Source of the DNA: Mobula hypostoma
Lineage: Eukaryota
NCBI RefSeq assembly: GCF_963921235.1
Contig: NC_086097.1
Location: 38,256,001-38,320,000 of the forward strand
DNA: 64,000 bases
Reading direction: 5' to 3'
Shown: positions 42,420 through 54,799 of the stretch, piece by piece
How the letters are laid out: each line of letters begins with the position of its first letter
Numbering within the stretch: the stretch's first letter is position 1
Made by a program: the position numbers and the translations under genes
The notes under the pieces: generated by a model
Seen by the model: the letters and a program-made list of their open reading frames with translations, nothing else
Database searches by the model: none
What the model was told of the DNA's origin: nothing

Positions 42420-42474
42420 TATCGGGAATAAGCATCACTTAATCAACTAAACTTGTTACTCGTTATATACACCT

Positions 42475-44632
42475 GTTAGGGTGCATTCTCCAGTTGCCTT
42501 ATAAGGTAACCATAGCCTTCAGCCAGGAGCAGATGTCATCAGGTGGTTCCTAACCTTCACCGAGTGTTTCAACCCTTAACCACGACACTCTCCAGTTGAT
42601 GGGCCGGCAGTGGTGGCCAAATCACTGCCCGTCTGCTCCTGGCTTCCAGCTCCCCTCCTCTCGCCTACTCCAAATCCAACAAGAAGCTTGTTCTGCCTCT
42701 TCCCTCATCCTACGAGCTGTTCCTTTCGTCCAGGCCCAGATCTGACAACAACCGCCATGCTGATTTGGCTGGAAAACCTCTGAAGCCGATCTCCACAGGG
42801 AACAACCGTGCCTACCATCCCTTGTCTTTACACTCCTGCAGTAAGGGCTGGTACTTCAAGGCCTTTCTCTTGTGGGCCCCTTCCCATCCCTCCTCCCACG
42901 GCACAGTCAACTCAACCAGAATTATTTTCTTGTCTTCCGTTGATCACAGTACAATGTCCGGGCGTAGGGTTGTGTGCACCACATCCGGGAACTGCAGCCT
43001 CCTTCCCACATCGACCCTCATCTGCCAGGACCTGGCTGTTAGCAGCAGATTGGGCTTTGGTTGTTTGGTCACGAAAGGCCTGGCTCCCTCTTTGATGAAG
43101 GTGATGGCCTTCCTCAGATCTGTGCCAGCCATCCTCTTCTTGCATCTCTCCCGCTCTAGTGTGTCAGCAGGAGCCAGAAGCACCTTATCATGGCGCCACC
43201 TATACCGTCCTTGAGTTAGAGCTGTTTTACACCTGGACAGTATATGAGCCAGTGTCCCCTTCTGACCACAGAGCTTACAGTTCAGGTCCTCTCTCATCCC
43301 CCATGTGTACAGATGTAATGGTGAAGGGTGTCATACACAGATCACAAGAGGAAGGAAATACAGAAGGGCTCAGGGCTCCGGGCTCCAGTCTCCATAACTC
43401 TGCCCATGAGATCTTGCGCTTGGGCAGATCCCATTTTGTCCAGGCACCTTCGGACTCTTGTTCCACTTCTCTTCCTCACGGATCCATACTTCTGCCTGTA
43501 TCATGTCTCGCCTGTTCCTTATGCTTGCGTTTCCCCACTTCTGGAAGTGAACTGAGCCGACGCCTTGCCGCCCAATGCAGGGGTTGCCAATGATATCTCG
43601 CAGCTTCAGAGAACACACTGCCTCCTCCACAGCTGCATTGGCTGCCCACTTGCACCCAGATCTGGTTGTAATGCCTGCTTGCTTTACCAAGATATCATTG
43701 GAATCTCTCAAGCTTAATAAAGCTCTGCATTTTGCCACCTTGAATTCCTCCACAACAGATGACAGAGGAAGCTGCAGTTGCCCAGAACGAATGTAGAGGC
43801 CCACTGAAGAGAAGCTTGGGGGAACTCCCAACCATCTCCATAGGTGCTTGTTAGTTTTCCTCTCGATGCCCTCTACGGCAGTCATGTGGAATTCATAATG
43901 TATGAAGAGCCAGAGAAGCCTGGGCAGAATGCCTTATTGGTATAGCCAGGTCTTGAATTTACCCGGAAGTTCGGATTTGTCGATCTTCTTCAGCCATTCC
44001 TCTGTCTGCTTCACAGCATTGGTGACATTGGCCCCATCTGTCAGTGACACATTAAACCACTTCCCCAAGCATTTTATCGGGTTATCTTCAATGGAAGGGA
44101 TGACCTCACCCTGAACCTGGAGGCTAAACTTGCTAGTAACTTTGTCGTTTCTGATCACCATGCACCTGGACTTCTTGGCCTTGAAGGACATCCTCGCCCA
44201 AGTGGCTACATTACCCAGGGTTTCCAATACCCATCTTGCTTGGGCATGTGACACAGTTGTTATAGTGATGTCGTCCATGAATCCTTGTAGAGCCGGCTGA
44301 ACAATGCCTGACTCCAGCATAGGGCCGCGGATTACATCTTCTGCTGCTGATAATAGGAGGTGCATTCCCATAGTAAATAGGATGGGGGAGATGGTGCACC
44401 CTGTTGGAATCCCCTTCTGGAGGTCCTGCCAACTAGTTGTGAAATGGGCTGATGTAAATCTGGGTTTGAATCCTCCTAGGTAGCTGGTGATCATGTCTCG
44501 AATAGCCACTGGGATGTAGTAGTGGTGGAGTCCTTCTAGGATGAGGTCATATGGAATAGACCCATAGGCGTTCGCGAGGTCTAACCAGACAACTGTTAGG
44601 TCGCCTTTTTTCTGCTTGCCCTCACGGATCAA
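42475..44632 (-). mobile_element. Hero-clade (R2-group, restriction-like endonuclease) non-LTR retrotransposon, 5'-truncated and disabled
   Basis: RT: WLDLANAYGS, GIPTGCTISPILF, FMDD. Zinc knuckle CKLC..HILSRC, RWRHDKVL. RLE: RPDIVL..VELTVPWE..K..KY. Ends SWKPGADGQ-TGA (42622-24). Several stops and frameshifts. Confidence 0.85.
42531..42597 (-). ncRNA. Candidate non-circularly permuted hammerhead ribozyme in the Hero 3' UTR
   Basis: Minus strand: GAGTG-TC-GTGGTT-aagggtt-GAAA-CACTC-ggtgaaggttagg-AACCAC-CTGATGA-catct. Helix III GAGTG/CACTC, helix I GTGGTT/AACCAC, intact core, GUC triplet. Confidence 0.7.
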
Positions 44633-45858
44633 ATAGATTATTCTTTATGAATTCAGATGAGGGTTCTTGTCTGAACAGCTTGAATGATTGTATCAAAGTT
44701 GTTCATTGTCATTGTTTATTGTATTCACTGGTTCAGTGAAAACTCACTCGTAGCAGTATCGCAGGCATATGATGTCCTATAAGTAGCATTCACAAATAAA
44801 AAAACAGATTATGCACAATTTTTTTTTAAAAAAGAACACAATTAGAAAAGGTCTATTTTAGTCCAAAGTGATCATAGTGTTGCTAGACTGTAGTAAATAA
44901 AGGGTAAAGAACCAAATAGTTGAAAGGAAGTAGCTGTTCTTGAACTTGGTGGGACTTTGGGCTTCTGTACATCCTGTCCGATGGTATTTATGTGAGGATG
45001 GGGATCTTAGATGATGGATGGTGTCTTGGGACAACATTTCCTTGTGGATACTACCAATAGTGGAGAGGAATGTGCCCAGATGATGTACCAGACTGAGTCC
45101 ACTACTCTCTTCAGCTTTTTGGGCTCTTACAGATTTGTATGCCATGATGCGACCAGTCAGTGATTTCAGCAGTGCATTTGGAGAAATTTGTCAGTGTTTG
45201 GTGACAAGCTGAACCTTTTAAACTTCTTTTAAAAAAAGATGATAGGCTGCCTTGTATTTGCATCCATAAGCTGGGCCTAGAACAGGACATCAGATATGTT
45301 AACATTTAGGAATTTAAAGCTGCTAACTCTCTCCACTACTGATCCTCCAATATAGATTCATAAATCTTCACCCTTCTTCCGCTTCTTGAAGTCAAAAATC
45401 AGCTCTTTATTTTTACTGAGTGAGAGGAAGCTTTTGCAGCATCGCTCAACTAAATGCTCTATCTCATTGCTGACTCATTACTAGCTATGATTCATCCAGC
45501 AACAGTGGTGTCAGTAGCAAATTTATGTATGCTGTTGGAGCTGTACTTAGGCTCACAGTCAGAGGAGATAGTGTTACCAATGCTCGCTAATTTAAATATG
45601 TTTAAATTTTTAAACAGTTACAGAGGGCCTTGCTGCAAAACCATTTTGTCAGTTATTAGGCCACTCCACTGAAGCAAGCCTCCCAGTGGAAGATGGCATC
45701 TGGGAACTGAGTGACTGTGACACAGAAGAAGGTGTTTTGACTTGTCTAGTTGAAGTTGCCTCTCAGAGAAATTTCATCAGTCCCATTCCTCTTTATTTGT
45801 CTATATCCTTGACTCTTATCGTGGGCCTGTATTCTCTGGAATTCAGAAGAATGAAGGG

Positions 45859-46478
45859 CAGACATCCCACCTCTCCCGAAAGTTCCGGGAGTCTCCCGTA
45901 TATTGATAGCAGCTCCCCGATGCCCAGAAATTATATACAATATCCTGCAAATCGATTTTTTTGAGAGGGAGAGCGAGCATCCTGATTGGTCTCTCTTCGT
46001 GCTAAGTAGACCTATCAGTTTTCTTTGTGGGCAGGCTTTACAGTCGACCTCAAGGATAATGACAGTGTTGCTCGCTGCACTGTTTGCAACAGTGACTTTT
46101 CTATTGCCCATGGTGGGTTAAAATGTAAAAGACATGTTGAGGTGAATTTAACAGGTGTCATTCGTTCATTAGCGTAGCTAGCATTATTTAAACTAGATGG
46201 CTGGCTGCTAAGGAGCTACTCTATTGATGTCCTATGTGATGACGCCAAACTCCCTGTAGACTTGCTTAAAGTTGTAATAGAACAAACATTATAATATAAT
46301 ACAAGTACATATTTTAATGTCACATTTTCTGCATATACCCAACCTGGTGTACAGATTAGACAAAATCACTAAACAAGGTATTACATACACACTTGGAGGT
46401 CAACCGGGGCGGTGGGGGGGTGGGGGAGGGGGAGGGTGCTACCTCCCTGAAATGAGTTTTTGCAGGCTGGGATATCTG
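45859..46478. mobile_element. Non-autonomous hAT-like DNA transposon, copy 2
   Basis: TIR CAGACATCCCA / TGGGATATCTG; imperfect 8-bp TSD atgaaggg / atgaggga; subterminal palindrome ctcccgaaagttccgggag. Confidence 0.8.
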
Positions 46479-46738
46479 ATGAGGGATGACCTCGTTGAAG
46501 CATATCGAATGGTGAAAGGCCTTGATAGAATGGATGTGGAAAAGATTTTTCCTATGGTGGGAGAGTCCTAAGAGAAGAGGGATCAGTCTCAGAACAGAGG
46601 GGTGTCCTTTTAAAACAGAGATGAGGAGGGATTTCTTTAGCCAGAGTGTAGTGAATCTGTGGAATTCTTTGCTACAGGCAGCTGTGCAGGCCAACTCTCT
46701 CTGTATATTTAAAGCAGAGGTTGATAGATTCTTATTTA

Positions 46739-47648
46739 TAGACAATAGGTGCAGGAGTAGGCCATTCGGCCCTTTGAGCCAGCACCGCCATTCACTGTGA
46801 TCATGGCTGATCATCCACAATCAGTATCCAGTTCCTGCCTTATCCCCATAACCTTTGATTCCGCTATCTTTAAGAGCTCTATCCATCTCTTTCTTGAAAG
46901 CATCCAGAGACTTGGCCTCCACAGCCTCTGGGGCAGAGCATTCCATATATCCACCACTCTCTGGGTGAAAAAGTTTTTCCTCAACTCTGTTCTAAATGGC
47001 CTACCCCTTATTCTTAAACTGTGCCCTCTGGTTCTGGACTCACCCATCAGCGGGAACATACTTCCTGCCTCCAGCGAGTCCAATCCCTTAATAATCTTAT
47101 ATGTTTCAATAAGATCCCCTCTCAGCCTTCTAAATTCCAGAGTATACAAGCCCAGTCGCTCCAATCTTTCGACATATGACAGTCCCGCCATCCCGGGAAT
47201 TAACCTTGTGAACCTACGCTGCACTCCCTCAATAGCAAGAATGTCCTTCCTCAAATTTGGAGACCAAAACTGCGCACAGTACTCCAGGTGTGGTCTCACC
47301 AGGGCCCTGTACAGCTGCAGAAGGACCTCTTTGCTCTTACACTCAATTCCCCTTGTTATGAAGGCCAGGATACCATTAGCTTTCTTCACTGCCTGCTGTA
47401 CTTGCATGCTTGCTTTCAGTGACTGATGTACAAGAACACCTAGATCTCGTTGTACTTCCCCTTTTCCTAACTTGACTCCATTTAGATAATAATCTGCCTT
47501 CCTGTTCTTGCCACCAAAGTGGATAACCTCACATTTATCCACATTAAACTGCATCTGCCATGCATCTGCCCACTCACCCAGCCTGTCCAAGTCACCCTGC
47601 ATTCTCATAACATCCTCCTCACATTTCACACTGCCACCCAGCTTTGGA
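46739..47648 (-). mobile_element. Young CR1 3' fragment
   Basis: Near-continuous frame WQMQFNVDKCEVIHFG...LYRALVRPHLEYC...FFTQRVV; 3' end gacaataggtgcaggagtaggccattcggccc. Confidence 0.93.
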
Positions 47649-49360
47649 CTGGGCATGAAGGGATACAGGGAAGAAGGCAGGAGATTGGGGCTGAGAGGGA
47701 AATGGATCAGCCATGATGAAGTGTCAGAGCAGACCAAGTGACCTAATTCTGCTCCTATTTTTTATGGTCTTGTTGTCTTTCCTTTCTTTCACATGCCCAT
47801 AAATTCCTTTTTCTCATTCTCTTGCCCCTTACGTATACTACAGGATAATATGCTGTAATCATTTGGCCTACCTTGCACTGTAGAAGCCGAATACAGCACA
47901 CGATAGAAAACCATGCAATTATTTGGACATGGTGCTGATGTCAGGACTGAACATGGATCCTTGCTACTGTGAAGTAGCAGTTATTGCATCATTGAGCAAG
48001 TGGAGTAAGCAGTGTGGTACATGGGCGGGAAGGCAGTGCTATTGGGCAATAGAATGTTATGACGAAATGATTTTTATTTTAATGGGTCTACTGGTAAAGG
48101 TAAAAATCTTTGAGTAGTTTGAGCTAGAGGGCCTTCTTCACCCTTGAGTACCTTACGATCAAGTGAATGCAGTATGTAAGGTTGTCATTTGACTTATAAC
48201 ATTTCTGAAAATGTAATAAATAGATTTGTTAGTGATAATGGAACAAATTACTTTTATGACACTTATTAAGTGTAGGTAAGGCATTTTCTAATTGCTTGAC
48301 TCAGATGTTGACATAAGGATTGGCTCATCTGATTAATGCAGATTGGAAATCAGATAAAGTAATTTGTAACACAGAGAAAGCAAATTATTTGACTGCCAAC
48401 AGCAGTTTTGATGAAATTCTGAAAGCTATTCATTGCGATAGAGCACAAATTAAAAAAAATTAGAGCCATAGAATCACCATGCACAAGAGCTAGCCCTTTG
48501 GCCCATCGAGTCTGTGCTCCTGTTAATGGAGCACCAGACTTGGTCCCAATCCCCTGCTAATTTCTCATTGACTGAAACTATTTTCCCTGAAATATTTATC
48601 CAATTCCTTTTTCATAGCTTTGTGTTGCCAGAAGTGAGTTGCTGATCTTTGTGAAGCTTTTCCCCTCATCCCCATTGTATCCTTGGCCTTGTATCCTTGT
48701 ATCATTGATATGTTTTTGCCTTGTCTTGGACTGAGCGTTGAGTCCCACTATCTACCCTGTCAAAACTGGTCATAATCTTGCACTATGTCAAATTTCCTGT
48801 TAGCAATCTCTGCTTCAGGGAGTTTTTCCATTCTGGTCTTACGGGTGAAATTTCATATCTCTGGAATCATTTCAGGAAATATTTTCTGCGTTGTACAGAA
48901 GGTTCTGTCCTCAAAAGTTGATCAGATGAGGTCTAAATATGTTTAATGGTGGTTCAATATAATGTGCTTACTGTTTTAGTGGAGAGGATGAATTTGGGAT
49001 GCAGAAAATGAAGTAATTTAATGCAGGAAGGAAAATTTGTCTGGAGCAAAGTGGTTTGTTTCCTAAAACAAGATTGGTTGAGGAAAGGGTTGCCAATGTA
49101 GACCAGCTAATTGAGCTGGGAAGTCAAGTTGGGCATATTAAGTAGGTGCAGATGTAGAAGCAGTTTGCAGCTTCGTTTGAGGAGACAAACAAAGGAGCAA
49201 AAATATTTGGTGTGGGTGGAAAAGCAGCCAACAGACTAATTTGTAGAGATTATAAGTAGTTTACTTCTGAATGTCAGTTGAGAGGTAAACTTCTCTGGGT
49301 GGAAAGCATTTAGATTGTATTCAGTAAAAGTAAAAAGTAGTTGCAATGTGCCTAAGTATA

Positions 49361-49517
49361 CGATATCACAAACAACAGAAAATCTGCAGATGCTGGAAAT
49401 CCATGCAGCACACACAAAATGAGTCCTACTGAAGAGTTTTGGCCCGGAACGTCGACTGTACTCTTTTCCTAGATGCTGCCTGGACTGCCGAGTTCCTCCA
49501 GCATTTTGTGTGTGTTG
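49361..49517. repeat. Penelope pLTR-derived partial palindrome
   Basis: gcacacacaaaatg ... cattttgtgtgtgt with decayed hammerhead (ctactgaa..ggaacgtcgac); flanked by CTAAGTATA (49352-60, 49518-26). Confidence 0.75.
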
Positions 49518-50207
49518 CTAAGTATAAAATAGAATCATTTCCCTTTCTGTCTTAAAAGGGCATTTAGACATTAAGGTATGAAGAGCAAAATACAAATCTT
49601 ATCTGTAACTGCTTTATAATAATGGGGGTGTGCAACTGCATCACAATAAAGCTAGTAGTACTTAATCATAATTGGTTTTCCATATCAACTTATTATGTAG
49701 AGATTTTCACTGTTTGAAATTAGAACGTGGCACAAAGTCTTGATAAGGTTTTGGTTCATTTTTAATAACCTTAACTCCTACCTGTGACCTTTGAGAGAAA
49801 TTTCCCACACTACCATGTTCAGGAACATATATTACTCGACAGCAATTGGGCTTCTGAACCAGCATAGATACATTCAACGCTAATCTGAACTGACGCTATA
49901 TCCTACAGACTCACTTTCAAGGACTCTTTACAACTCAAGTTCTCAGTATTATTGTTATCTGCACAGTTTATCTTACTGTTTACATTGGTCTATGTCAGTC
50001 TTTGTTCATGCACAGTTTTTCATAAAATTCTGTTGTATTTTTTTCCTGTAAGTGCCTACAGGAAAATGAATCTCAAAGTAGTATATGGTAATTACATAGT
50101 ACTTTCATAATAAATTTACTTTGAACTTTGAGTTCAGCTACCACAGCTCCAGGAAAGATGTCAAGACTTTAGAACAGAGCAGGGTTTTCGAATGCTAGTA
50201 AAGGTGA

Positions 50208-51233
50208 ACCATAGAAACCATAGAAACTACAGCACAGAAACAGGCCCTTTGGCCCTTCTTGGCTGTGCCGAACCATTTTCTGCCTAGTCCCACTGACCTG
50301 CACACGGACCATATCCCTCCATACACCTCCCATCCATGTATCTGTCCAATTTATTCTTAAATGTTAAAAAAGAACCCGCATTTACCACCTCGTCTGGCAG
50401 CTCATTCCATACTCCCACCACTCTCTGTGTGAAGAAGCCCCCCCTAATGTTCCCTTTAAACTTTTCCCCCCTCACCCTTAACCCATGTCCTCTGGTTTTT
50501 TTCTCCCCTTGCCTCAGTGGAAAAAGCCTGTTTACATTCACTCTATCTATACCCATCATAATTTTATATCCCTCTATCAAATCTCCCCTCATTCTTCTAC
50601 GCTCCAGGGAATAAAGTCCTAACCTATTCAACCTTTCTCTGTAACTGGGTTTCTCAAGTCCTGGCAACAACCTTGTAAACCTTCTCTGCACTCTTTCAAC
50701 CTTAGTTATATCCTTCCTGTAATTTGGTGACCAAAACTGAACACAATACTCCAGATTCGGCCTCACCACTGCCTTATATAACCTCATCATAACATTCCAG
50801 CTCTTATACTCAATACTTCGATTAATAAAGGCCAATGTACCACAAGCTCTCTTTACGACCCTATCTACCTGTGACGACACTTTCAGGGAATTTTGTATCT
50901 GTATTCCCAGATCCCTCTGTTCCACTGCACTCCTCAGTGCCTTACCATTAACCCTGTATGTTCTACGTTGGTTTGTCCTTCCAACGTGCAATACCTCACA
51001 CTTGTCAGTGTTAAACTCCATCTGCCATTTTTCAGCCCATTTTTCCAGCTGGTCCAAGTCCCTCTGCAGGCTCTGAAAACCTTCCTCACTGTCTACTACA
51101 CCTCCAATCTTTGTATCATCAGCAAACTTGCTGATCCAATTTACCACATTATCATCCAGATCATTGATATAGATGAGAAATAACAATGGACCCAGCACTG
51201 ATCCCTGTGGCACACCACTAGTCACAGGCCTTC
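50208..51233 (-). mobile_element. Young CR1 3' fragment with an intact 313-aa reading frame
   Basis: TSGVPQGSVLGPLLF...KFADDTK...; (aaccatag)n tail; possible TSD AGGTGA (50202-07, 51234-39); nested in an older + strand CR1. Confidence 0.95.
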
Positions 51234-51918
51234 AGGTGAGGAAAAGTTAGGCCTATTCTCTGTACAACAGAGAAAATAGAGAGGAGATCCAATAGATATT
51301 TTTAAGATGTGGGACATTGATGGATAAATGTACAAAGTCTGTTGTCCACCAAAATTGTCAATCACAGAATCAACTGGTAAATAAAGATCTAAAATTATTG
51401 GTAAAGATCTAGAGAGTAAATATAATTTATCAGGTCTTGATCTACTTTATTAGAAAAGTCATGGAAGCCGATTCTATAAATAATTTTAAAAAGTTGGCTA
51501 GATACTTGCATGATTATGGATAAAAATACAGAATATTCAACCAAACACAATTGTTCTGTCTAATAATTAGGCAGGCAAAACAGTCTGAATTGTTTTCTTC
51601 TCTGTTTTGCTTTGATGATTTTCTGTTCTTGGAATTCTCAATGCTTTTAGTTTCCATCCCTGGTAGCAGTACTTTGCAGGTTCCTTACGACTTTAATGTT
51701 CTTTTCATTACTGGATATGAAATTGGTCATAAAATGCTCTTGCATTCTGTACTATGTATAAAATAGTAAATGCCAGTCGCATTTTCTACCCTTCACACTT
51801 TCACAAAATTATGCAGCGTCAATTGCAGGGAATTTTTAATGTGTGCTGCTCGAAGTCTATTCATCAATTTGTTTCACGAAGTGTTATCTCTCATTTTCAT
51901 TCCTGAAGTCCAAAAATA

Positions 51919-52469
51919 TAGTACAGTGCAAAAATCTTAGGCACATGCACTGTATATAGCTAGGGTGCCTCAGATTTTGCATAGTACTGTAGTGATTTTA
52001 TGTACTGCACTGTACTGCTGTTGCTGCTGTACAAAACTTAACTTCATGACCTATGTGGCTGATGATAAACTTAATTCTGATATCAGTCTGTCTTGTGGAC
52101 TGAGAGTGGGAAGGGGGCAGGGAGAGGGGTATCATGGTTGGGAAAAGGGGAAGGGAAAGGGGAGGGAGCAGGAAGCATCAGAGAGACATTCTGTAATGAT
52201 AAAAAAAAACAATTGTTTGGAATAGAAATGACCTTGCCTGGTGTCTCGGCTGGGTGGCTGTACCTGTGCCATTCTCCACCTTGGCACCCCTTCTCTGCCA
52301 CCTGTCCTATACCCCTCCTGCAGCACTCCACCCTCTCCATTCCCAACATCATTTGCTCCTACCTGATTTACAAAGTTGCTCTCTGCTCCAGATTGATAGA
52401 AACAGTACTGTGCAAAAGCCTTAGCCACTCTTGCTGTGTATATTTGCCCAAGACTTTTGTATAGTACCG
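51919..52469. mobile_element. Composite Tc1-type MITE: two TIR hairpins flanking a captured segment
   Basis: cagtactgtgcaaaa..ttag.cac / gtgcc..agattttg.a.agtactg at 51919-51991 and 52403-52469; the interior contains a Rex-type 3' tail. Confidence 0.6.
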
Positions 52470-53252
52470 CATTTCCAAAAAAAATTACTTAACAGTTCCG
52501 TATGTTATTAACTCAGTATTGCTGTCAAGTTATTGAAGTAACCAATACAGTCAAATTTAGTAACTTCCTTTTCAATCCACAGTGGACATACCATTTGGAG
52601 TTGTGGTACTGCATTTTTTTTTAAATCACATTCAATTTCTATTATAGATGCCCATGAACTGTGCTGGATTTTCTGGAGTTGTAGTTTAGTGATTTCAGCC
52701 TCACCAGGTGCAGTCAGTGGCAGCAATTTCAGGATTTCTACATTTAACTAGCCAGACGTGAAAATCCCTAAACTGCATTCCAAACCATCACTGCAACATA
52801 TGCCAATGAATTCTGCTAAATGGTTGGTAGATTTGTGAAAGCTGGGAGCTGTCTAGGAAAAGATGTTAATCTTTGTGTAGTTGGTGGGGGGGGGGGTGGA
52901 GTCTAATGTGCAGGTGAATTTTTTTTCAAACATGTTAATTTACCAATTATAAATAGAATTAGCAATAGATTTGTTCCCTTTCTTTGACGATGGTTAAAGT
53001 TGTATTGATACTGTGAGCAGTTAAATTTTAGAAAGGTTGCCTCTGCTTACATGGTTCCCAGTTACTTTCGGGTTTTGACAGAAATCATTGCACAATATGG
53101 CAAGTACTAATCAATTTGATGTGTTTTGGCCACCCCTACTCCTGCAGTCAGCCTGTGTTTTTGTATGTGTTCATGTATTATGCATTAATCTTTTGTTTAA
53201 GAACTGGTTTATAAAGGTTTAACATTTTAAAGTCTTGCAGTTTTTAACTTAA

Positions 53253-53519
<267 letters not shown>

Positions 53520-54799
53520 TGACGTTAGCATGACCTTGGTATAATTTATTCATTGTGCTTTCAAATGTAGCTCACTTTAACTTGTTTTCAAATATGCTCC
53601 ATTTCCTTATCGCAGATTGCTATAATGGCCAAATAATCAGGCATATTCTACAAACGGGTTTTGCAGAGCATTGCTCTGGGGAAGTTTTCGGTCATGCAGA
53701 GAACATATGTTTTATACGTGGATTTGGAGTATGTTCTGAAATGTTTACTTTCAGATAAGATCTTAAATTTGGCTCTCAAGGATATGTGAACAATCTATAA
53801 GTGAAGCCAATAGAATAATTAACTAGTGAACAAGTGAAAGTATTGTGAGCCATCTATTTGAAGTATTCTGCAGAATGCATCTTAAGTGCTATGTAAACTT
53901 GGGTTCACTAAGCCACAAGGATAATGTTGAAGAAATGCTGAGAATACCCAGTATTTGGCAAGCTGGTGTTTGAGAGATGTTATTGTAGAAATATAAAAGA
54001 TTATTACTGGAGTAGAGTAAATTCTGTTTATCCGTACATTTGTTATTTGCATCCCACTCTATATCAAATTCTGCTGTGCCCGGAGTTCTTTAGCTCCTAT
54101 TTTTCAATGCCACCAATTTAAAATTCTCACCTTCATGTTTTTATAATAATAATCCTGTTTTATTGTCACTGAAGCTATGCAACCCTCCAGCAAAATATTG
54201 CTCTGCACATCTACTCTGTTTTCTCCATTTGTGGCTGCAAGACTGTTCCCTAAATTTCCACCTCTCGGCCTAACTTTTTGTTCTTTTAGTATTTCTAGCA
54301 CGCGTTATATATAACTTAAGTAGAAATTATTTCCACACATAATGAAAAAGGCCCTTCTTCCATTATAAACTCTCCAAGCGTTCATATTTTTTGTGAGTTT
54401 AGAATATTTATTCCTTGTTGAATACGCTAAGTAGATACAAGTTCCTTAAGGTGAAATACTTTTGAGAAAGTAGGGCAATGAGCCATGGCTTCAAATATGT
54501 CAATGTGAAAATGGGAGCAGATGTTCACTGGTTGTGTACACTAAAGGTTGAACTGACCTTAAATATCCAAAAAAATAGTAGAGGTAAAAATCCTGGTTTA
54601 TTGATTAAGTAAAATGAATGAATGAATAAAATCCAGGAGATTTCACATGAACCTCTGGTCAGAAAGTTCAGACAACCACTCAGAAATGCATTTTGCTTCA
54701 TCTAGGTGCAAATTTGATTGTTACTTTTCCAAATTTATTTCAAAGGTTGTTAGAAGCATTACACATTAGTTCTTGAAATCTCAAATTATGGTATGTAAC

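Larger units (their letters stand above)
45820..47770 (+). mobile_element. Old CR1 3' fragment hosting two nested insertions
   Basis: GLYSLEFRRM | DLVEAYRMVKGLDRMDVEKIFP.. | 3' end cctaattctgctcctatt..tatggtct; split by a hAT MITE and a young CR1. Confidence 0.75.

Noticed and set aside
44650..44680. Ribozyme at the 5' junction of the Hero copy (cagatgagggttcttgtctgaac)
   Set aside because: Core is not intact, it is on the strand opposite to Hero, and the element is truncated within RT; at best a decayed pLTR scrap.
46797..47426. 209-aa + strand ORF
   Set aside because: Antisense shadow frame of the young CR1 RT.
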